Source: Octopus vulgaris (lineage: Eukaryota). From it: 64,000 nucleotides of DNA. This document shows positions 25,261-39,236 of this stretch, piece after piece; position 1 is the stretch's first letter, and each line of letters starts with the position of its first letter. The DNA lies in the NCBI GenBank assembly GCA_951406725.2, contig OX597828.1, positions 22,444,001 to 22,508,000 of the forward strand, read 5' to 3'. The position numbers were made by a program, and so were the translations under genes. Under the pieces are notes generated by a model. It was not told the DNA's origin and did not search any database. It was given only the letters and a program-made list of their open reading frames with translations.

Positions 25261-25492
25261 AAGGCGTGTCTCTTAGTGGTTAGGTTATTCGGCTTGCAAT
25301 CGTAAGGTTGTGAGTTCGATTCCAGGCAGCGTGATGTTGTGTCCTTGAGCAAGACGTTTTATTTCTCTTTTCTCCAGTCCACTCAGCAAATAAATTTTTA
25401 AAAAATACACGAGTAGCACCTGTAATTCCACGAGCAGGATGCTACGTCGAACGGATAAACTAGAACACCCATCGTCGAAAGCGACGGAGTGC
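25261..25492 (+). mobile_element. tRNA-derived SINE
   Basis: A box cttagtggttagg, B box gagttcgattcc, gtgtccttgagcaag. Confidence 0.7.
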
Positions 25493-26034
25493 TAGTCGTC
25501 TATAGATCGATTTTGCTATGAATAGATATATTGGATCTTATCCTTAATATTAAATATCTGTTGAATTAGAAAATATTAATATGCAATTATTATAGATTTT
25601 CTATTCGTTCTATCTGAAATCATTAGAAAGCCTTCATTATTACAATGGAATCTTTACTGTATTCCATAAATATCCGTAAATGTTTAGATCACAATGCGGA
25701 CAATATATTTTGGCTTATCGGATATTCAAATTCCTATGTAACTATATCAAAACCGGGAACGATAAACAAATACTTGGGGTATTAAATAAGGCAGCAATCT
25801 TCTACTGTGCTGATAAAAAGATTTAGCTGAAGAACGCATTAAAGGAATATTTCTTCGGTATCACATTTGTGATATGACGTTATCTTCCAGTATCTTTCTT
25901 GTAGGTCACCGAGAAATTTCTAAAATCTTGGATATATCACAATGTTGTAATCCCCTCAGTCTGTGTGATCATGTCTCCCTGTGTCCCTTTTAGACTCACT
26001 TTATTCTTTGTTTAGTTATATATATATATATATA

Positions 26035-26457
26035 TTGTTGTTGTTGGCATCCTTTTGTCTCGGGAGACAATGAAGTTTCCATAAACTAATCCAGTCTGGT
26101 TTTTACATTTCATGTCCTCTCCAGTTTCCTCTCCTGTCTTGCGCAGGCCTGGGCTACATGTAAGAAAATCCTGGGTAACTCAATGCTCTCTCGACCTTGC
26201 TGACGTAGATATCAAGGAGTACAGAGCATTACGTTTGGCACCAGCTTGGTTGCAGGAGCTGCCGGAAGAGTGTCGAGTAGAACACTTAACCGACTACGGG
26301 GCTCCAATCCGGATTTCTTTGAATGTTGTTTTCTTTCCGTAACCCTGGATAGGGGCCCATACCGGGTACTGTCAGCCGGAACCAGCTGAGCCTCGGACTC
26401 GTGTCAGGCAGGGTCGTCACTCCCTGAAGTAGTAAAGAAAATCGCTACCCACTACCT
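26035..26457 (+). mobile_element. RTE-clade 5' UTR-like non-autonomous element
   Basis: gtttggcaccagcttggttgcaggagctgccgg...ctccaatccggattt, recalled as an RTE/BovB-type 5' region. Confidence 0.45.
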
Positions 26458-26482
26458 AAATATATATATATATATATATATA

Positions 26483-26673
26483 TGGTAAGAATTTACAAAA
26501 AACAAAACACGAAGACAGGTGTGTAAACAACAAAGAGATGTATTAGTTTAACGCTCGGGATATGAGAAAGTCTTCTGCGTTTTGAGCCTACGCTCTTCGA
26601 CAGAAAAGGAACACAGAAATAAACAGGGAGAGAAAAAAGAAAAAGGTTTAGTAGCTAACGATCTATCATGGCG
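26483..26673 (-). mobile_element. Solo PLE terminal repeat with inactivated hammerhead (26571-26607)
   Basis: Homologous to 17970-18179; core CTGTCGA, GAAA changed to AAAA. Confidence 0.8.
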
Positions 26674-26683
26674 AATGCCGGAC

Positions 26684-26880
26684 ATTTTAGTTGTTTCACT
26701 CATTTGACTGCAGCCGTGCTGGAGCACCACCTTAGAGGGCTTTAGTCTAAGAAATCCACCCCAGTGCCTTATTCTAAGTAAATCTAGTACTTGATGCATT
26801 TTCCCCTTTGACAAACTACTAGTTCACGTAGGAATAAACACATCAGCATCGGTTCTCAAGTTATGGCGGGGAGACAAAAT
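26684..26880 (-). mobile_element. SINE family A, 3' half
   Basis: Homology to 7136-7320. Confidence 0.7.
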
Positions 26881-26944
26881 GTACGTATATATACGTGTAT
26901 ACATATATATTCACAGACACGCACAACCCACACACACAAACACA

Positions 26945-26999
<55 letters not shown>

Positions 27000-27008
<9 letters not shown>

Positions 27009-28692
27009 AAACTGAGAATGTGTGTTTGTCTGTCTGTCTTTCTGTGTGTTTCCCTAAAACTTGAGAACTGCACAACCAATTTCATTCAAATTTTATACAT
27101 GCCTTACTTAGAGTCCGGGAAGTGTCATCGGCAAAAAATTTTTTAACTTTTTGCCTAGGGCGAGCCCACAGCAATATCATATCTTCTCCACTACGATTCC
27201 CTAAAACTTGAGAACTACACAACCAATCTCATTTAAATTTTACACATGCCTTACTTAGGGCCCAGGTAGTCTTGCCTAGAGCGAGCCCATAGCAATATCA
27301 TATCTTCTCTACTATTTCAGTATTACGTGTTAAAAGTGAAACAAAAACATTTCTCTATTTTATGTCAGATGCTTTCACTTTAACAACAAAAATAATAATA
27401 ACAATTGAATTATATGTAGTAAGTAATAATTAAAATCAAACTAAAGTATAATATAATCGTAACATAACAAAAGTAAAAATAGCAATTGGTATAAAATTGC
27501 ATCAATGACTTGAATTTGAATAAGTGGTTTCACATGAATGGGAATAAATTAAAAATAAAATTAGCGTGCAGAAATGGAATAGTCCAGATGGGGTGTGCAA
27601 TACCCTTTACCACGGCTTTTACATTAGATTATCTGCTAATTAGCTAGCATTAAGTATCTATATGAAGTTTGGCTGTATGTAATATCTGTTTTCTCGAACA
27701 GCCGCTCCTGTTGGTTTATTTCTTATACATAAAGGACTTCAACTGCTTACTGCTTTCTGACTCATCGTAAGGTTTGTTGTTATTATTATTACTGTTTAAC
27801 TATTGTTATCACGTTTGTTGGTTCCTCGTAAAGGAAACATTGTTGTGCTGCATTTGTTAAATAATTGTAAACTGTAAACCCCCCCCCCCCTCTGGGAGAA
27901 GGAGCTTTGGTTATTGCTTAAAAATTGAATTGTGTCCCTGTTTGGGGAAATTGATGATATATTCACCGTTTACACGGAAGCATTTTTGTTAGAATGCCTT
28001 CGATAGAAGAAAGTCCAGAAATGAATTTCGCTGCAGCCGTCGGCGGGCGCGAACTCATTGAAATTGAAATGGAAGAAATGCGGATAGATCACCGACAAAG
28101 AAGGTGAATCTAGGATAACACCACCAAACGAAATAAAAAATTAAATTAAAGAAAAGACTATTGTCTATAAAGTATACAATATAGAGAAGTAAAAAAGATT
28201 TGAACACCTGGAGGAAAGTACCATCGAAAAGTGTCTTGGTGCGACCATGAAAGATATCTAACCAGAGGCGGTAAATTCGCCACAATAGAAGCAAGGTTCG
28301 AGTCAACGGAGCGTGCAAGGGAGTACTCGAATGGAACCTTGCAAAGTGGAAATATTTTATTTTTACCTTTATATCGGGGACGTAGGACGTCCCGGATAAA
28401 AATTGAAAATGCCCCCACCCCAGAAGTAGAGGTAGGCTGGATTGTAGCAACACTTCTATACAAGAGGGAGGACAAGATCCAATTGATCGAAATTGCAAGA
28501 CACGGGCCTACAATTCCAGTGTGTTATATATTTTGAGTATTGTTATCACTAGCGATATCAAGATATAACTTTGTATTTTGTATTTTATGTGTACATGTAT
28601 ATATATAGACGTACATGTAATATGTACACATATATATACACATATATACATGCACTAGCACTAGACCCGGCAACGACGGGTCATAATGCTAG
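27000..28692 (+). mobile_element. Probable long non-autonomous Helitron with an internal tandem duplication near the 5' end
   Basis: 5' tatataaaactgagaatgtgtgtttgtctgtc; 3' hairpin gacccggcaacgacgggtc followed by CTAG. Confidence 0.55.
27994..28505 (+). pseudogene. Disrupted L1/Tx1-like ORF1 N-terminal fragment
   Basis: MPSIEESPEMNFAAAVGG...KTIVYKVYNIEK...RGGKFATIEARFES...FLPLYRGRRTSRIKIENAP with stops and frameshifts. Confidence 0.45.
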
Positions 28693-28726
28693 TATATATA
28701 TATATATATATATATGGCGTTATAAC

Positions 28727-28960
28727 TACCTATTTCTTTATTACCCACAAGGGGCTAAACACAGAGAGGACAAACAAGGACATACATAGATATTAAGTCG
28801 ATTACATCGACCCCAGTGCGTAACTGGTACTTAATTTATCGACCCCGAAAGGATGAAAGGCAAAGTCGACCTCGGCGGAATTTGAACTCACAACGTAACG
28901 CAGACGAAATACCACTAAGCATTTCGCCCGGCGTGCTAACGTTTCTGCCAGCTCGCCGCC
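28727..28960 (-). mobile_element. Nin/Deu-domain tRNA-SINE (family B)
   Basis: Reverse complement of the copy at 43900-44128. Confidence 0.85.
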
Positions 28961-29693
28961 TTTGTCTAATGATTCATGGGGCGTATGTTGAGCAAAAATC
29001 AAAGTGTTCGGGTTAGGTTGCTTGGTTAAGAGACACTGCAACCTGATACATGCTAGAAGAGAATAGATAACTTACTACCAAACTAAAGCGTCATATAGAG
29101 TTCTTCTGTCTGATATTTTCTAGAATATAGTTATACTATTCGAGAAATCTGAAAATCCGCACCAAAATTTTGAACCATAAATTCGAAATTATATTCGTTT
29201 TCAGGCGAGGAACAAAGCCTCTTAGAATATTCCACTTGTACTCTGTGTAACCATATTGACACCAAGAAACGCTCACATAGAATCCTAAATGTACACTGAT
29301 TCTGATAGCGTTCCCTTGATATTTGCCACGGCTGTAGCGATTTTTTTATGACTAAAAAATTACTTCAAACCTGACATTCACTGACGGTTTAATAGCTGCT
29401 CCATCTTGACAAACCGACAAGAAAACTGATTATTTGTATATTAACGGATCAAGACTAACGATTGGAATTGAACATGCCAGTTCTCTCTTTTTTTTTGTCA
29501 ATATCTGGACAGTTTAATTTCATTCATAATGTCAGCAGTGAATCGTAAGTAACAAGGAATAAAAGGCTCGGTCAGTTCTCAGAGTGTTTGTATGTGTGTG
29601 TGTGTATGTGCACGCGCTTGTGTAAGTGTATATGTGCATATAAATGTATGCGTGTATATGTATATAAGTGATACTTTTGGTGCTTTTCATAAA

Positions 29694-29729
<36 letters not shown>

Positions 29730-29769
29730 TGATATATGCATACAATGAGAGCCTGATATATGCATACAC

Positions 29770-30025
29770 TTGCGATTCGTAGGCCATGTCTTCCGATTTC
29801 CATCGTTGCTGCACGTGAAATCCGCCATTCTGTATAAGCCAACGGATGGCAAGAGAAAATAAGGGAGACCAAAATCAACCTGTCGCCGCACCTTCATCGA
29901 TGACCTCAAAACCATAGACCTTTCACGGGACAAAGCTGAAATCACCGCGGCCGACCGACCACACAGGAGAAGCCTTGTGGCCCGGTGCGCCACACAGCGG
30001 AGGAGGATGTAAGACTAAAACTAAG
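29770..30025 (+). pseudogene. 3' end of an RTE/RTEX LINE
   Basis: LRFVGHVFR...DGKRK*GRPKSTCRRTFIDDL...AADRPHRRSLVARCA; short taag-type tail. Confidence 0.75.
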
Positions 30026-30052
30026 CATATATATACACGTATGTATACATTC

Positions 30053-30097
<45 letters not shown>

Positions 30098-30100
<3 letters not shown>

Positions 30101-30486
30101 TTATATATAAAAGTGAATTTGTGTGAGTGTCTGTCTCCTACGATTTAGATTCCTAACTACTCCCACATTTTGCGGTGCAGTTTAACCAAAACCGGGCATC
30201 TTATAGTCGTGATTCATATCGAGCCCTTCTGGGTATTAGCGCACGTCTACGATTTTAAAAATAATTTGCCATCATTTTTTTCCATTTTAATGCATTTTTT
30301 CGCTATTATATAAGGGAAGTAACTCTCTAAAAATGTCTACGATGTGTCAACGATTTTTAAAAAAATTACCATCATTTTTTTTCCATTTTTAATGCATTGT
30401 TTCGCTATTTTTTGGCTATAACTCTCTAAAAATGCTTTATAGTTATTTCCCTTACAAACCCGAGCAACGCCGGGCGATACTGCTAG
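30098..30486 (+). mobile_element. Non-autonomous Helitron
   Basis: TC start, 3' hairpin + CTAG, A^T insertion in (TA)n. Confidence 0.85.
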
Positions 30487-30732
30487 TATATATATATATA
30501 TGGTTGTTATATAAAGTATGAAACAGAAACAACACACTCCAAAAGATTAAATGTGTATTTTATGTTATACATTACATGGATATTTGACATCAAAATTTTC
30601 CCAATGTGGCTTCATTGAGTGACGTGAATTCTCCCCAACCATATAACATACAGATGTTATTCGCTGAAACATAGATTGTTAACCTTTCATTCAAAGGTCA
30701 AACTCCTTAAATACAGTTATAAATATAATATA

Positions 30733-31795
30733 CAGGCTGGAGCAGAGAGAACGGATGTGTTTGAAATGGCTATCAGGCCAAAGGGGTACTCAGGTATTAT
30801 TCGGACAGTGGTGTCTTAGCAATATTTTTCAGATGAAACTATGGCTCTATGGAGGAGAGATCATCGCGTGTTTGCCTACGAGAGTTACGTGATGAGTTAC
30901 TAATCTGTCTCAGCAGTTCAGCGTGAGTTTCGCCGCTACTTTAACATTCACCGAGATCAAGCTGTTCCCACCTGTAACACAATAAACACAATCTTAGGTT
31001 GGATGAATGCACTAAGTACACGAAGTACATTATTGGCAGGTCAGATAGAAGCAATTTTTGAGACAACCGCATTTTGTTAATGAGTAACGAAGCTCAATTT
31101 CATCTCAATGGAATGGTGAATCAACAGAATTGTCGCTGAGCGCTTGAAGATCCGAGAGAACTGCACGAAAGACCACGGCACAGCCAAAAGTGTTGGTCTG
31201 GTCTGCTTTTGCAAAAGCTGCCGTCATTGGTCCTTACTATTTGAAGATAAAAATGGAAATGCTGTTACTGTGAAACTCAAGCGTTTCATCGAGATGATAA
31301 ACATCCTTTTGCTTGAATTACGACGAAAACATATGCCTATTTGCCGTGTGTAGTTTCAACAGAATGGGGCTACGACCCACGCAGCAAGAGCATCAATGGA
31401 TATTCTTCGCTCTCTCTTCGGTGACCGTCTCATTTCAAGGTTTGTTGACATTCATTGGACCCTCGCTCCCATGATTTGTCTGTGTGATTATTCCTTGTAT
31501 AGAAACCTCAAGGCTTGTGTGAATGCGCAGAAACCTCGTACTATGGACGATTTGAAGGAAGGTATTCGCGTAGAAGTTAGATCAAATCGACAGACCAAAG
31601 CTGGAGAGTGGAGACCAACTTCCAAGAACGCCTTCAGAAGTGCATCTATCAAAACGGACACCACATGATGGTTATTTTTTTTCCACACTTGCTAATTCAA
31701 TACAAACACATTGATGTCAATAAAGTTTGTTTGAAGCTAAAGTTAATGATTTTCTAAAGTTTTTCAAAAATGTCCGTCCGCTCTGCTCCACCCTG
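30733..31795 (+). mobile_element. Degenerate Tc1/mariner transposon (rosa/DD41D-like)
   Basis: TA flanks; TIRs caggctggagcagag / ctctgctccaccctg; VQREFRRYFNI, MSNEAQFHLNGMVNQQNCR, FQQNGATTH, FGDRLISR, CDYSLY..LK. Confidence 0.85.
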
Positions 31796-31995
31796 TACTA
31801 TGTAAACAAAAGGACACACTTGTGGTTTTCATTTTCTACAGCTGTTTCGGTAGCATTTAATTGAGAATCCACCATCTTCACCAACTGTGAAAAGAAAGCA
31901 TGGTTATCCAGCATGTTCACCTAGGATGATAAAGATAAGACATCTGACCTCGGTGTAGAAAGATATAAACTGACGCTATACATGTACGCGTATGC

Positions 31996-32026
<31 letters not shown>

Positions 32027-32034
32027 TATATGTG

Positions 32035-32066
<32 letters not shown>

Positions 32067-32074
32067 TATATATA

Positions 32075-32434
32075 CTAGCAGTATCGCCCGGCGTTGCTCA
32101 GGTTTGTAAGGGAAATAACTATAAAGCATTTTTAGAGAGTTATAGCCAAAAAATGGAAAAAATGATGGTAAATTTTTTTTGAGAGTAAAAAAAGGTGGAG
32201 TTGCGTCCCCTAGACGGTTTGTGTTTCTGATTCTCGACCCCATGTCGAATTTATCGATTTTTTTCAGAACTGGGGTAACTTTTCAAAATTTTCGCTGCGT
32301 TAGTTTTGAATTATGACATTGGGCTATGTGTGTGTCAAGTTTCATCAGAATCGGTTGAAAGCCGTGGTCAGGGTGAGGGTACAAGCAAACAGACACACAG
32401 AAACACGCACAGACAAACTGCCGTTTATATATAG

Positions 32435-32435
<1 letters not shown>
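32075..32435 (-). mobile_element. Non-autonomous Helitron
   Basis: Near-identical to 57073-57467 in reverse orientation. Confidence 0.85.
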
Positions 32436-32474
<39 letters not shown>

Positions 32475-32503
32475 ATATATGTATATATATATATATATAT
32501 ATA

Positions 32504-33107
32504 AACTTAGATAAACTTAGATATGTTTCGACCAAAGATTGGTCCAGGCCATGTCTAACTTAATAGCACCACCTGATAGGATTATTCGAATCCTGTTTAA
32601 GTCAAGTTTTGTTCAAGTAGTGAGTTCTTTTTGGGTGAGTTGTATCCAATTATGGGTGGCCTGTCTGGTATTCTTTCAAGGAATCTATCCAGACTCCGTT
32701 TAAAGTTGATGGGATCCTTTTCCTCTTTGATCTCCCTCGGGACAATGTTAAATAGGGCAGGGCCTGTTGAGGAAAAGAAATTATGCTGCAGTGTACATGT
32801 ACGTTGTGATCTTGAATTGGGCAGGGGACGTATGGCCCGTGGTCCCAGTCTTGGATGAACCTTGAAGCTAATGTTAAGGTCGTTTGGGCAAAGTTGGCGG
32901 TATATTCTCCACATCGTACAAATGATGTACCGCTCACGGCGACGCTGGAGGGAGTAAAGTTTCAAGGCTTTAAGGCGATTCCAATAATCGAGAGCAGCCA
33001 TGCCTTCGATTCGTTTAGTGAGTGCCCTCTGGGGTGACTCAATTCTGGAGATGTTTTGTCTTGTATGGGGAGACCACAGTGGGCAGCAGTATTCAAGGTG
33101 TGGCCGT
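32504..33107 (-). mobile_element. 5'-truncated CR1/L2-clade LINE (ORF2 C-terminus 32597-33107 open, short 3' UTR)
   Basis: [14 protein letters not shown]...[10 protein letters not shown]...[20 protein letters not shown]...GPALFN...FKRSLDRFL. Confidence 0.9.
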
Positions 33108-33148
33108 ATGTATATATATATATATATATGTATATATAGGTGTGGCCG

Positions 33149-33228
<80 letters not shown>

Positions 33229-33911
33229 AATATGACTGGGTGCGTGCGAGTGTATGTATAGTGTATACTTGTGAGAAATTATAAACTAATATATACGTTT
33301 ACATATACGGGTGTGTGTGTTTAAGCGCTCACTCAGCGGATGACGTCAGTCTCTATAATCCGATTCCGATGTCTGAGCTCTTATCTCAATATCCATCATG
33401 GATGTCCTTAGAATAACTATACATTCTCTCTGCTGCTTTTTTACACGGGCTCACAGACATAAACTAAATAAGATAGCAGCTTGAGAACTTTGAGAGATTT
33501 GACCACATAGCTCTGAGAATATCCGTTTACTTATTTATTTTATGTTTACAAAATCAATAGCTTTATATATATATATATATTTCACTTTGTCATCATGTGA
33601 GATGACGAATAGGTCATGTAGTTTTACATTGCCTTTGATACGGGCTTAAGATTTCACTTAATGTTGGTGGAGTTATCCTTATAGTATCATCTAAGAATGC
33701 ATCAATAATATGCTAGTGAAACAGCTGTAATAAAGCCTGCTTCTGCCGTTCCTGCATAATTTCGTCACACCTGGAAACAACACTGGGTTGTATTTACGGT
33801 TTATATATTATATATCAAACACATACACTTACACACATATACGCGAACACACAGAAACACACATATATATATGTGTGTGTGTGTGATATAAATATATATA
33901 TATATATATAT

Positions 33912-34420
33912 TGCCATGAGCAAAAATTTACGAGTGGTTTACATGCTTTAAAAATGGTCGCTGTTTGCTTGCTGAACACCCTCGTTCGGAGTGAACACCG
34001 ACCTTTAGAATCAATGAAAATATCACGAATTTTTATTAACTGATTGTGGAGGATCGTCGCCTAATACTTGACGGACTTGTTGATGTGACGGGTATGTTTT
34101 GGAGCTCCTGCAGACGAACTCTGAGCGCAGAAAAGAGATGCAGCAACATTTGTGGCTCACTCGCACACGGAAAATCGAAAGCAGTCATAACGGAAGTCGT
34201 CTCTTGAACTGAAAGAACAATTGGAAGTTGAACCGGACCATTTCCGAAGTTAATGACTGGTGACGAAAGCTGGTACTACGGATTTGAAGATGTGGAAGAG
34301 GTGAATAAATAACGACAGAGGCGTTAAAAGACATCCTTTCGCAAATGTTCCAAGGTTGCTTAAAATAGTAGGAAACGGTTCTGGACCGATCAGTTGGAGA
34401 ATACTCTGAAGGCAATAGAA
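33912..34420 (+). pseudogene. Mariner transposase fragment
   Basis: KIYEWFTCFKNG, DRRL, TGDESW remnants. Confidence 0.65.
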
Positions 34421-34458
34421 GTGAGTGGATTTGGTAGACGGAAACTGAGAGAAGCCAG

Positions 34459-34494
<36 letters not shown>

Positions 34495-34499
<5 letters not shown>

Positions 34500-35770
34500 T
34501 ATTAGAGACAAAACCACTATTTTGCAAAACAAACAAGGAAAGACTTAATCAATACATAAAATTTTAATAAATAGTCAAAAAAACCGCCACTACAATTGTT
34601 TCTTGTCTTGATCGACAATCTTCAGGTGGACTTCCAATCTAAAATATCAATATTTTAAAATATAAAAATAATAATTTTAAAATAATTAAAGTATGAATGA
34701 AAAAATATAAATATATAATTCATATATAACCTATATATAATCCATATATAATCAATATATAAACAATATATAAACTAAAATAAACCTATCAACAATTAAA
34801 TATAAAATATAAAATATAAAATATAAAATATAAAACAAAACAAAAAAATAATAATAATATAATAATAAACTATATATACACCCATACACATATACCTAAT
34901 TATATATAACCATATCTAACTACATACACTAAATCACACACCTATATATATATCCCTATACATACACATAAAAACGTCTAGGCAACTATAAATAAATAAA
35001 ATAGCTAAATACTTCAACACAATACTTATTCATACTCCCACACACACACACATACAACCCACATTCACGCTCTAGAAAACGGACATCACTTAAAATTATG
35101 AACGGAGAAATGGAATAAATGGAATTAAAAATTATATTCACTTGGTAAAACGAACACTACTTAAAAATTATGAATGAAACAATGCAATAAAACAACAGAC
35201 ATCGCAAATAGACACAAATTACTACGAATTCCTTAACAAACCTACCATGATAAACCAAAACTCATAAAAACATAATGATAAAATCTCCCTTTACTAAACT
35301 CTATAACATACCTATATAGCAATCCCCCTAACCTAAACATTCACACACAAATACACACACATAAACCACACACCCACGACATATACAAATACCCACACCA
35401 CTTACACATACCTATACATACATATAAACCTCAACATATACTCCAAAAACCCACTCAACCCCACACAGACAAATAAACACAAAAATTATGAATGGATTCT
35501 TTTATAAAACTACCATGATAAGCTAAAACTCACAAAACATAAATGATAAAACCTCCCTTTACTAAACACTATAACATACTTATATAGCAATCCCTTTAAC
35601 CTATACATTCACACACAAATACACACACGTAAACCACACACCCATAACAAATACAAACACCCACCCCACTCACACACACCCACAAGTACATATAAGCCTC
35701 AACATATACACCAAACAAAATTACTTTACCAAGGAACTTAACATATGTATAAAAAATATATAACCGCTCT
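34495..35770 (-). mobile_element. Non-coding strand-skewed element with a hammerhead and an internal ~205-bp duplication (35242-35445 / 35510-35712)
   Basis: Bounded by (TA)n; HHR near the inferred 3' end; probable PLE 3' UTR/pLTR. Confidence 0.6.
34587..34629 (-). ncRNA. Type I hammerhead ribozyme, canonical core
   Basis: ccac-CTGAAGA-ttgtc(gatcaa)gacaa-GAAA-c(aatt)-GTA-gtgg. Confidence 0.9.
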
Positions 35771-35786
35771 GAACATATATATATAT

Positions 35787-35880
35787 AGGCTCGAAGCGTA
35801 AAATAATTTTTCTGTTCCTGAGCGTTATACTAATACATCTGGTTGTTTTCTACACCACCTGTCTTCGTAAACTTTCCCTA
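35787..35880 (+). mobile_element. 3' fragment of the Neptune pLTR family
   Basis: ggctcgaagcgt...ttcctgagcgttatactaatacatctg...caccacctgtcttcg. Confidence 0.7.
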
Positions 35881-35959
35881 TACATATATATATATATGCG
35901 ATGGGGTCTTTATATATATATATATATATATAGGTATATATGTGTGTATACATATATTT

Positions 35960-36125
35960 GAGCATGCGTCTGTGTTTGTCCCCTCTCCCACTATCGCTTG
36001 ACAACCGATGTTGGTGTGTTCACGTACCCACAACTTGGCGCTTCGGCAAAACCGACCGATAGAATAAGTTCTAGGATCGATTTTTTCGACTAAGGGCTGT
36101 GCTCCTGCTTGGCCGCAGTCAAAAG
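35960..36125 (+). mobile_element. SINE family A, 3' half
   Basis: gcttgacaaccgatgttggtgtgtt...gaccgatagaataag. Confidence 0.7.
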
Positions 36126-36439
36126 TAAAAAACTGACAGAAGGTAGAACTAAGTGAATAAAATAATAATGTTACAAAATTCAGGTTTCATTTGGGTATCC
36201 CCTCGAATAATATAATCTTAATCCCCAAAATAGTATCAAGCACTCTCTGCCAGATAAGCTATCAACAGAGAATCCGAACTTGGATTAGCAGACCGAAACT
36301 TCGAAGTCATTGTCAATACGCTACTTGTAAAATAATAATACATTTATATTCTACAAATGTATGGAGTACCCTTTCAGATTAATGTCAAATTGATTTTATT
36401 ATAACTGAACATAAAACAAGCATTAATGCCTGTGTGAGA

Positions 36440-36495
<56 letters not shown>

Positions 36496-36520
36496 GCATA
36501 CATATCCGTATATATGTATA

Positions 36521-36906
36521 CAGTATCTCACAAAAGTATGTACACCCCTAAAACTTTTCAAAGGAAATCAGGTGAAATTTAAACTGAATAAAATATATTA
36601 TACATGCAAATATTATACAAATTTTGAACACACATCAATGAACAAACTGAAAGCAAGGGCGGTCACATTAAATATTGAATATAGAAAATAATCTTTTAGG
36701 GTGTACATATTTTTGTATGTTTGAAAATTAATATTTCATTTATATCTTTGAAAATGGTTATTGTTTGTGTTCCAAACTTGTATAATGTTTGCATGTATAA
36801 TATATTTTATTTAGTATAAATTTCGTATCATTTCATTCAATATTACTATAGTAATGGCAATTTTGCTGAAAATTTTTAGAGTCCTAAATACCTCTGTGAG
36901 ATACTC
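36521..36906. mobile_element. Tc1-type MITE
   Basis: TA flanks; TIRs cagtatctcacaaaagt / acctctgtgagatactc. Confidence 0.7.
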
Positions 36907-37757
36907 TATATATCACCATTGTCCAATTTTCTGCTTCTACATTTAATGGCGTACTGTATTCTTTACTCATTATATTATAATTTTCTGCCATTACTCTGTG
37001 CAGGTCAGGAGGCAATAATAATACAATCTAAGTTTCACAACGCATCAACAAATAGTGCATAAATTATAATTTAGTTACACTAAACGACAAAATGGTGTTT
37101 GGATACTTGGTATTTCGAAATCATCTGACCTACGTGAACAGAAGTTTGTGAAAATCGTTACGAAATTAAAACACCTGCGCCCTTCTCTATGTATGTGTTT
37201 TTAGATATTTTATTTATCATATTAATGAGAATAAATCTCTTGAATAAATCTCTCATAACTTGTGACATATACTGCCTGTATAATGGAATTTAAATGTGAC
37301 ATCGATGAGATTTGAACTAAAGACGTAATGCATTATACGCATATATATCTCTGTGTGTGCGGGAGATGTATTTATAAATAAAAGGCCGAAGGAATTCAGG
37401 AGAGTCGACAGCCGTCGAATATATTCAAGAGTAGATCGTGGTCACCAGTGGAAGTGAAGACAAACATCAAGGACAGGAAATCTCTGAAATAATTCTGTTC
37501 AACAAGGCCGAACTATTTTGAACAGGAAAGAAAATTCTGACATCAGGTTTCCAGTTGGAGATGAAATCGTACTTTGAAAGTCTTGGAGACCTTTAAAGGG
37601 CATGATTAGTGATTACAGCTCCTCGATAATGAAAAGAGAAAACAAAGATTATTTCTGATAATAAATATATTAACTCTAAAGATAATAATATGCAGATTGT
37701 TCGAATCGTGCTTTGTGCAATGCAGTACAGAAATCTGGGAACATGTAGTTGTATCTG

Positions 37758-37825
<68 letters not shown>

Positions 37826-38530
37826 CAAATACACGCACACACATCACACACACACACACACACAAACATATATGTATATACACACATATATAAATAGGAA
37901 TGTAGAAACGTATGTGTTGGCATATATGTACATAGATACAGACATACATATAAACACACATATATACACACACGCACTCACACACACACACATACATACA
38001 TATATATATATATTAATATATATATATATATATATCCATGTGTAGATGTACCCGTGTGTATATATGTACACAGATGCATATATATATATATATGCATATG
38101 CATGTATATATATATGTATATTTATGTTCGTAGATTTTTAATAAGTTATGCGTGTACGTGTGCATAGCTGTGTGGTTGGTCTATCAGTTATAATTTAAAT
38201 AGTGCATGTAATCAAAGATATACGCCTTAATTACCATTCAGATAACATTCGGTAGAAACTGAACTGAAATTATAGGTGTTTGAAGTGAAAGTATCGGTCA
38301 TAGTTTCTTGTTTAACGTTAAGGTTTTTAACAGGTCACGTCTCATCTGGGATGGGCAAAACCAGCGATTGTGAATAAGAGTGGTGGTATCAGTGCTAATA
38401 TCAAGAGTTATTTTTTCTGCTTTACTGTTATTAACCAATATTTCGCTTTCACGTTTTAATTATTCATGCACACAGATATATACATACATAGGCAAATACG
38501 TACGTAGGCATGTATTATATATGAATTCGC

Positions 38531-38649
<119 letters not shown>

Positions 38650-38669
38650 CTCTATCTATCTCTCTCTCT

Positions 38670-38737
<68 letters not shown>

Positions 38738-39194
38738 CATGTATATATGTGTGTGTGTTTGTGTGAAAATAGTTAAGTCTATATATATATTGTACATCTA
38801 TCTGTGAACCTATATATATATATGTAGGTATGTACGTATGTATGTATGATGTATGTATATATATGTATATATAAATCTTCTATATATATATGTACATACA
38901 TACACACACATACATATATATATATATACATATATACATACATACATACATATAAATATCTCTATATATATATATAGATATATATATATACATATATATA
39001 CACGCATACGCATGCAATACTTTATATTTTGTAATAAACATGCCTCAAATATTCGAAAATATGCGTGAAAGATATTAATACGCATGTTCAATAGTGTGCA
39101 TATCACTAAGCAAACATATTGAGATAAGCTTACTCATAAAAGCACAGACACACACACACACGCACTCTTTCTTTCTGTTTTTCTTTTTTTTCTT

Positions 39195-39236
<42 letters not shown>

